From an uncultured delta proteobacterium (GTDB lineage: Bacteria; Myxococcota_A; Polyangia; Fen-1088): a stretch of 64,000 bases of DNA. The position numbers and the translations under genes were made by a program. Location: the NCBI GenBank assembly GCA_963755125.1, contig CAVWIP010000012.1, positions 64,001 to 128,000 of the forward strand, given 5' to 3'. Below, piece after piece: positions 57,970 to 64,000 of this stretch; the stretch's first letter is position 1; every line of letters starts with the position of its first letter. The notes below the pieces were generated by a model. The model was not told the DNA's origin. It did not search any database and saw only the letters and a program-made list of their open reading frames with translations.

Positions 57970-58539
57970 TCACTCCAGGTGAACGGTGCCCTCGGCCAGG
58001 ATCTGATCGCGGGCGCCTTGCGCCTGAACCACGCGCACGAGATAGGTGTGCGATGGCTCGAATCCCTCCTCGGGCAAGAGCAGGAAGCGCATGCCAAGGT
58101 CGCGGCCTGGATTCATGCTCACCGTCCACAGTGCCTTCGCCTCTTTGTGCTCGATGCTCTCCTGATCGTCGCGGTCGAACACCGCCACGACGATCGGCCC
58201 GTGATCGGATCGTGCCTTAAACCGGGCTACCATCTCAACCTGCCACGGCTGGTCAGCGCCGGCAGCGCCCAGACCTCCTTTTGCCGCTAGCTGGATGCCT
58301 CGCGCCAGAACCGTCACGTCGGGTCGATTCTCCGAAACCTCCACGCCCCCAACGGTGGAGCTTCCTCCCGGGGCCACGCAGACCGAGCCGAGCCGCGAAC
58401 ATTCGCGCTTCTGGTCGCGAGAGACCAGGAAGACCCGTGGGGTTTCGTCCATCACCTCGACGCTGGGAACCTCCCAGGGTTCCAGCATGGACGGCACTTC
58501 GGTTTGCGCCAACGTCATCAGGATGACTTGAGCCAACAT
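57970..58539 (-). CDS. Hypothetical protein, possibly exported
   Basis: GGAGG RBS, fills the gap in a co-oriented gene run, beta-rich C-terminal half. Confidence 0.6.
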   Translation of the reverse strand: MLAQVILMTLAQTEVPSMLEPWEVPSVEVMDETPRVFLVSRDQKRECSRLGSVCVAPGGSSTVGGVEVSENRPDVTVLARGIQLAAKGGLGAAGADQPWQVEMVARFKARSDHGPIVVAVFDRDDQESIEHKEAKALWTVSMNPGRDLGMRFLLLPEEGFEPSHTYLVRVVQAQGARDQILAEGTVHLE

Positions 58540-58673
58540 GAAACACCTCCCGCCCTGCTTCGCTTGCTGGGCACTCGCCTATTCAGATGCCAGGTACGGC
58601 AAAGCGGTTCGCCGTCAGACGGCGGCAAGGCCTCATGAGTCGACGCAAAAACTTCGCGTTTCTGGCGGATCGG

Positions 58674-60650
58674 TCAGCGGTAGAAGGCCACTTCGACGTT
58701 GTACGCTTGCGTATCCGAGGTGGTGCCGTCGGCCGAGGTCGCATAGTAGATGAAGCTGGAGGCGCCGAAACCAGAATCGGCAGCCGCAACCACCGGGTTC
58801 CACGCCCGCAAGTTTGCCCTCTGACCGAGCTGGACCTGAGGCTGCCACGTCGCACCTTGCAGGCGGCTGGCATAGGCACCCCAGGTCGTGTCATTGACCT
58901 GCTTGGACCAGACCACCAGCACGTTCCCTTGCGCATCAGCGGCCAAATTGGGATACGGCATCTTGGTGACGTCCAAATAAGACGCCACGTTGTCGGTCTC
59001 CAGCGGGGTGATGTCGCTCCATGTCCCGCCCACCTGGCCATGGATGGCCACGGCGTTGTAGCCGCTGGTCGAAAGCGACTGGGCCCAGGCCACAGTGAGG
59101 TTGTCCTGGTCATCAAGAGCCGAGCCGATATTCGTGCAATCGGCGTTTCCCTTGATCTTCTGGGGCGAACTCCAAGCTCCTCCGGTCTTGTAGGTTGAGA
59201 CCCACAAGCCGGTACTTTCGCCCCAGGACACCACCGCATCGCTGTTTCGATTCATTGCCACGGTCCGGTATAAGATGTCTTCCGTCAGGTTGGTGTCCAG
59301 GATCTGCGGCGCGGTCTTGGTCTGGCCGGTCAGGTTCACGACGCCGACGCTGATGTTCTGGTCGGCATCGTATTCGTCGAACACGACAACCGCGTCCCCG
59401 GTTCCGCCGACGGCCAACACCGGTGGCGAGTAAGCGTTGACCTGGGGGTTGCTGGGGCTGTTGACGTCGAGCACCGGGGCGGGGTCGGCGGTCCACGAAG
59501 TCCCGTCAAAGTAGGCGACGTAGTGATCTTCCTGGTTTGAGCCTGGCTGGCCCGAGTAGACGATACGCGCAATCCCGTTGCGGGCCACGCCCAGCTGCAC
59601 GTTGAACACCGTCCCGCTCGCGATCAGCACTGGAGGCGACCATGTCGCGGCGACAGAGGAGTCGGCACGGCTGGCCCACACGCCCGCCACGGATGTGGTG
59701 CGGTCCATGCCCCATACCACGCTGACATGCCCCGCGGCATCTGCCCCAATCCCGATTTCACCGGAGGTCAGGTCACGGTCATCGATCACCGTGGTTGATC
59801 CCCATGTGCCGCTTTGCCGATCCCAGCGCTTGACCTTCACTGCGTAGTCCTCGGTCCAGGCGACATAGACGTTCTCGGCGATCGGTTCAACTGCGACGGC
59901 GAAGGTGTACGACCGGTCGATGATGTCGTTTTCCACGTTGCTGGCGGGCTGCCAGGTCGGAAACGGCGAGGCATCGGTCTCAGTTTCACCGGTGTCAGAT
60001 CCCGCGTCAGCGATCGGGGCGTCGACAGCGGGCCCGTCACTGGGAGGCAAAGGAACGTCGGGGAGGTTCACGTCGACTGCGGGGACATCAACGTTGCCGC
60101 CGTCGGGAGTGCCGGGAGCGGATTCGGCGCCGCCCGCGTCAACGGCCAACAGATCAGCGCTGCCACCCTCTGGCACGATCGGCGCAACATCCGAAGTCGC
60201 CAGATCTGGTAGCAGGACATCAGGCGAACCCGCGTCGAGTCCAGGAGTAACGGTGCCGGTGGCGGGCTGCAAGGTCAATGCGTACGGCCCATCGGTCTGC
60301 CCGGCCACGATACGCTGATTACCTAGGGAGGCGGTCGCCATCTCCCCACCCTGTGTATCCAGGCCCGCCGCGGCTATGTCAACCAAGTGAGGCGCGCCAT
60401 CTGGCAGATACACTCCGGCATACAAGATGTTTCCCTGGGCCTTCGACCAAGGAAAGCTGCCCGAGGCGACCGGGGCACCGTTCGACGTCACCGTCACTGT
60501 CACAGTGACAGGAGGAGTTTGGCTCACTTGAGAGTCTAACGACACATTGACCTCGACCAGCGTCCTCTTGCTGCTCGAGCATGCGACAGCCAAAGCCATG
60601 GCCAGAACAATCAGCGCCGGCTTTTCCGCGATTCCACGCAATAAGTTCAT
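58674..60650 (-). CDS. Large lipoprotein: N-terminal beta domain, Asp/Pro linker, probable beta-propeller
   Basis: Lipobox-like AVAC; repeated D..G...VVW/VAW..TWS.P blades. GGAG RBS. Confidence 0.75.
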   Translation of the reverse strand: MNLLRGIAEKPALIVLAMALAVACSSSKRTLVEVNVSLDSQVSQTPPVTVTVTVTSNGAPVASGSFPWSKAQGNILYAGVYLPDGAPHLVDIAAAGLDTQGGEMATASLGNQRIVAGQTDGPYALTLQPATGTVTPGLDAGSPDVLLPDLATSDVAPIVPEGGSADLLAVDAGGAESAPGTPDGGNVDVPAVDVNLPDVPLPPSDGPAVDAPIADAGSDTGETETDASPFPTWQPASNVENDIIDRSYTFAVAVEPIAENVYVAWTEDYAVKVKRWDRQSGTWGSTTVIDDRDLTSGEIGIGADAAGHVSVVWGMDRTTSVAGVWASRADSSVAATWSPPVLIASGTVFNVQLGVARNGIARIVYSGQPGSNQEDHYVAYFDGTSWTADPAPVLDVNSPSNPQVNAYSPPVLAVGGTGDAVVVFDEYDADQNISVGVVNLTGQTKTAPQILDTNLTEDILYRTVAMNRNSDAVVSWGESTGLWVSTYKTGGAWSSPQKIKGNADCTNIGSALDDQDNLTVAWAQSLSTSGYNAVAIHGQVGGTWSDITPLETDNVASYLDVTKMPYPNLAADAQGNVLVVWSKQVNDTTWGAYASRLQGATWQPQVQLGQRANLRAWNPVVAAADSGFGASSFIYYATSADGTTSDTQAYNVEVAFYR

Positions 60651-60667
60651 GGGTCGTCTCCTGGTAT

Positions 60668-61351
60668 CTACTGGCAAACGTAGGGGGCTTTGCACTGGCT
60701 GGCCGGCTTGAACACCCCGGCCGCCCAAAGGCCGCCCACCACGGCGACGGCTGCCACTCCGCCGACCACACCCCAAAACCAGCCGCGCGTGTAGAAGGGC
60801 GGGGACGGCTCCGGGCTGGGCGTGGCGGGCGTCTCGGTCAAGCTGGCGGCTGTCGCCCCCTGCGACGCTTCCACCGGGGGCGCGGCCGGCACAGGGATGG
60901 TGGGCGGCGGCGGCGACGGCGCAGCATTCGCAGCCTGCCCGTCTTCTTGCTTCTTCTTCAGAGCCTCCATCTCGGCGATGTAGCCCTCGACTTCTTTCTC
61001 CTCGGCGGCCGAGACATCCTTGGCCTGCCTCAGGTAGTCGCGGAATGAGTTGATGGCCTTGTCAGGCTGCTGCAGATTCTGATAGCAGCGCCCGATGTTG
61101 CGCAGGTACGTGGGGTGCAATTTCTCCGCGTACAGCTTGGCAAAAAGATCCAGCGCTTCTTCGTAGCGTCCTTCGGCGAACGCCTCGCGCGCCTTGATCT
61201 CGCGCTTGTCTTTACTCTTGGGCGCCGCCTGCGTGGCTATTGCCGGTGCGAACGCGCAGCAGAGCACAGCCCCGGCCAGCAGAGCACGAATCGCCCGCAC
61301 GCCACGCGCGCGACGAACGACAGGTTGGTTCATCAGCGTCGGCAGTTTCAC
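60668..61351 (-). CDS. Exported TPR protein with Pro-rich linker and C-terminal hydrophobic segment
   Basis: GRYEEALDLF, YLRNIGRCY..AINSFRDYL, PFYTRGWFWGVVG. Start uncertain (GTG 61351 or ATG 61333). Confidence 0.78.
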   Translation of the reverse strand: MKLPTLMNQPVVRRARGVRAIRALLAGAVLCCAFAPAIATQAAPKSKDKREIKAREAFAEGRYEEALDLFAKLYAEKLHPTYLRNIGRCYQNLQQPDKAINSFRDYLRQAKDVSAAEEKEVEGYIAEMEALKKKQEDGQAANAAPSPPPPTIPVPAAPPVEASQGATAASLTETPATPSPEPSPPFYTRGWFWGVVGGVAAVAVVGGLWAAGVFKPASQCKAPYVCQ

Positions 61352-61592
61352 GTTGTCCTCATGGGCTAACAGGTTCCTGGGAAAAGATACGGCACTGCGC
61401 CAGTCCGGAACCGATATGACCGAACGCAGCCGGCTTTGGCGGGATACTGTAACGCCTTCGCGCACCGTTGACCAGCGGGGATCCTCGACGGACGCTGGGC
61501 CCTTTTCTGCGCAGCCTGCACCTCATCCTCCAGATCTTCGCAGTCCTCGGCGTGGCTGGGGTGTTTGCTTCCCTGACCCGCGGGCGCATGCG

Positions 61593-63749
61593 CTAGCGTG
61601 ACTCTTCCTGTATCGCCGGCACATCCTGGGATGCGGACAGGGCGGCAAGGTTGCGCTGTGCCTGGGGATAATCGGGCCTATACTGCAGCGCCAGAGCATA
61701 GTGCTTGCGCGCTTCTTCGAGACGTCCCAGCCGGCGCAGAACGGTAGCGAGATTATTGTGGGCTTCCGGATACTCGGGCCGGTATTTCAATGCCGCCTGG
61801 TAGGCGGCGACAGCCTGCAAAAAATCCCCGGTCCGCGCATATGCGTTCCCCAGGCTGTAGTACGCGACGGGATCATCCGGTTTGAGCACGATGCCTTGGC
61901 GGTACTCGCCAATCGCATCGGTCAGACGTCCCGCTCGCGCCAGTGCCACGGCATGGTTGCAATGCGCCTCCGCGGAGTCGGGCTCCAGTCGCACCACCGC
62001 CGCAAAGTGCTCGACGGCCGTCTTCATCCGTCCCAGCTTCAAGTACGCATAGCCGAGGTTGTTGTGCGCCCGAGCGTCGCGAGGATCCACACGCAACACG
62101 GCTTCAAACCGCTCGATTGCCTCGGAAACCCGTCCAGTATTGAGCAGAGCGATCCCGAGGCTGCGGGCCGCCTCGGAGTCATCCGGCTGCAGCTTGAGCG
62201 CCTCTTGGTATAGTGGAATGGCCGCATCACCCCGCCCGACCCGCACCAGTGCATCTCCTTTTCCCCTCATGGCCTTGAAATAGGCTGGGGCGATGTGCAA
62301 GGCCCGATCGAAGAGCTCGAGCGCCGCAGGGTCCTGGCCCATCCACAAAAGAGACTCGGCCTTGTTATAGTAGGCCATTGCGTAGTCTGGTTTCAATTGC
62401 AGAGCCTTGTCATAGCTCGCCAGCGCTTCCGACCTCCGTCCCGCGTTGTCGAGTGCGTTTCCCAGGTGGTTATGGGCCCGCGCATTCCCCGGACGTCTGC
62501 TAACGGTATCGGCCCAAAGGCTCAGCTCGCTTCGGTAGACCTCATTACGCCGCGCGGTGCACCAGGCGAGCAGTGCTGCCACGCAAACGGCCAGTGCAAG
62601 CCCCACATTCTTGTTCGCCTTGGCAAAGAGTCCGACCCCCGCGACCGCAACCACGACAATCAATGGCAAGTACATTCGATGCTCCGCCATGGTCTGCGTG
62701 GTCAGTGGAATAACAGTCGAACTTGGCGCGAGAATTCCGAAGAACCAACAGCCCGCAAATCCCAACTTCGGCTGACAAACCGTTGCGTACGCGGTTGCCC
62801 CCAGAAGCAGCAAAAGAAGCAACGCTTGCGGCCACACAGCGGTGAGCTTGCTGACCACCTCTTTGCCATAGTCGAAGACGAGGTTCTGCGGCCGGACAGA
62901 CAGACCGAGGTAGCGAACGATGGCCTGACACTGGGTCAGCGCATAGGCCCACCAGGCCACGCCATGCCCGAACCCGACGGTTGCGTTGCGATCGCTGGCG
63001 ACGAAGATGAGCAGACCCAGCAGGATCCAGGTTGCCGCCAGGCCGAGATACAGCGGCCACCGTTGCGACAGCGACTTCTTGAAAGAGCCAGAAAGGAAGG
63101 CGCGGTCGTAGAGCAACACCATGACCGGCGCGGTGGCCATGACTTCCTTGCTCGCCATCCCCAGCAAACAGGCTGCGACGGCCGAGCCGTACCAGAAGAC
63201 CTTGTTGGCCGAGTCGCAAGCACGAAGAACGCTGTAGAGAGTGAGCAGGTAGAAGAGGCCCACGATCAATTCGTTGCGTTGGATCACGGATGTGACTGAC
63301 TCGGTCAGCAGCGGGTGAACGGTCCAAAGCAGGGTGATTGCAAGCGCAACAGGTCGCGCTTTTCGTTCGAAGCGCCCCTGCAGTGACGGCAGCCGCAGGG
63401 TTCGCAGCAGAAGGCTGAAGAGCACCAGCGCGACCGTGACATGAAGCAAGAGGTTGGCGACGTGGTATCCCACGACGCTGGTTCCGCCCAAGGCATAGTT
63501 GATTGCCAGAGACAGGTTGACAATTGGTCTTCCCACCGCCCCGGCGGTACTCAGCGGCGGAAGCATGACCCGCGTGATGGGCCACAGGTGCCTGATGGAT
63601 GGATTTTCGACGATGGCCGGGATGTCGTCGAATACGAAGGGACCGGCGAAACTGTTGTGATAGGCGGCGAAGGCCGCCAAAATGATGAGCAGGAGGCACC
63701 CCGGCGCGGCCAAGGGCGACTCGTGACCAGGAGCTTGTGGATCGGCCAT
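61593..63749 (-). CDS. Second TMTC-like GT-C/TPR protein
   Basis: FVFDDIPAIVENP, RPIVNLSLAINY, YHVANLLLH, HPLLTESV...QR.E, SKE, AEHRMYLP, then about 8 TPRs. Start uncertain. Confidence 0.87.
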   Translation of the reverse strand: MADPQAPGHESPLAAPGCLLLIILAAFAAYHNSFAGPFVFDDIPAIVENPSIRHLWPITRVMLPPLSTAGAVGRPIVNLSLAINYALGGTSVVGYHVANLLLHVTVALVLFSLLLRTLRLPSLQGRFERKARPVALAITLLWTVHPLLTESVTSVIQRNELIVGLFYLLTLYSVLRACDSANKVFWYGSAVAACLLGMASKEVMATAPVMVLLYDRAFLSGSFKKSLSQRWPLYLGLAATWILLGLLIFVASDRNATVGFGHGVAWWAYALTQCQAIVRYLGLSVRPQNLVFDYGKEVVSKLTAVWPQALLLLLLLGATAYATVCQPKLGFAGCWFFGILAPSSTVIPLTTQTMAEHRMYLPLIVVVAVAGVGLFAKANKNVGLALAVCVAALLAWCTARRNEVYRSELSLWADTVSRRPGNARAHNHLGNALDNAGRRSEALASYDKALQLKPDYAMAYYNKAESLLWMGQDPAALELFDRALHIAPAYFKAMRGKGDALVRVGRGDAAIPLYQEALKLQPDDSEAARSLGIALLNTGRVSEAIERFEAVLRVDPRDARAHNNLGYAYLKLGRMKTAVEHFAAVVRLEPDSAEAHCNHAVALARAGRLTDAIGEYRQGIVLKPDDPVAYYSLGNAYARTGDFLQAVAAYQAALKYRPEYPEAHNNLATVLRRLGRLEEARKHYALALQYRPDYPQAQRNLAALSASQDVPAIQEESR

Positions 63750-63893
63750 CAGCGCACGGCTGGGATGGGCCTTGTGCAGCGCCATTTGCGGTGTCGTCAA
63801 TCCAAGCACGTACGACTGCGAAAGGGAAGCGAGTCGTCGATTTCCACCGCGTGGTCGATGGCCTGAACCACCGGCCGGGGAAATCTCCCCCGA

Positions 63894-64000
63894 CTACTGT
63901 TTCTGCACCGGATCGGCTCCCAGCGCCTTCGCCACCGTCTCTGCCAGTGACTCCATGGTGTAGGGCTTGGCAAGCCAACCCAGTCCCCGCGCCATTGCGG
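63894..64000 (-). CDS. C-terminal end of a receiver (REC) domain protein, truncated by the window edge
   Basis: Reverse strand reads ..GWLAKPYTMESLAETVAKALGADPVQKQ*, i.e. the KP motif followed by the last REC helix. Confidence 0.65.
   Translation of the reverse strand, partial: AMARGLGWLAKPYTMESLAETVAKALGADPVQKQ

Overview
GC-rich bacterial chromosomal window. The gene repertoire suggests Myxococcota (inference): zinc-ribbon/GYF/TPR protein, Cys-repeat Pal, PilH/PilI-like ABC pair, and many lipoproteins with Gly/Ser/Thr/Asp linkers. Housekeeping genes (recD, recD2, glnS, PPi-PFK, an RlmN paralogue, PBP1A, malQ, pal/cpoB, an RND efflux trio) are mixed with accessory material. No rRNA, tRNA, CRISPR array or intact transposase was recognised. 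Highlights: (1) a largely translationally coupled minus-strand cluster (46.5-57 kb) of YfhO-like GT-C, radical SAM, split transketolase, an epimerase-GT2 fusion and a TMTC-like GT-C/TPR protein, which looks like an uncharacterised lipid-linked glycosylation system for an unusual sugar; the window has five GT-C-like genes in total. (2) A HepT/MntA toxin-antitoxin pair converging on a GIY-YIG nuclease whose GVY tyrosine codon is TAG. (3) A degenerate second copy of the PBP1A 3' half, split by a cytochrome c lipoprotein gene. (4) A GTAG-type REP doublet, perfect operator palindromes, and an alpha/beta hydrolase relic with an internal deletion. All calls come from motif recognition by eye; no database searches were run.
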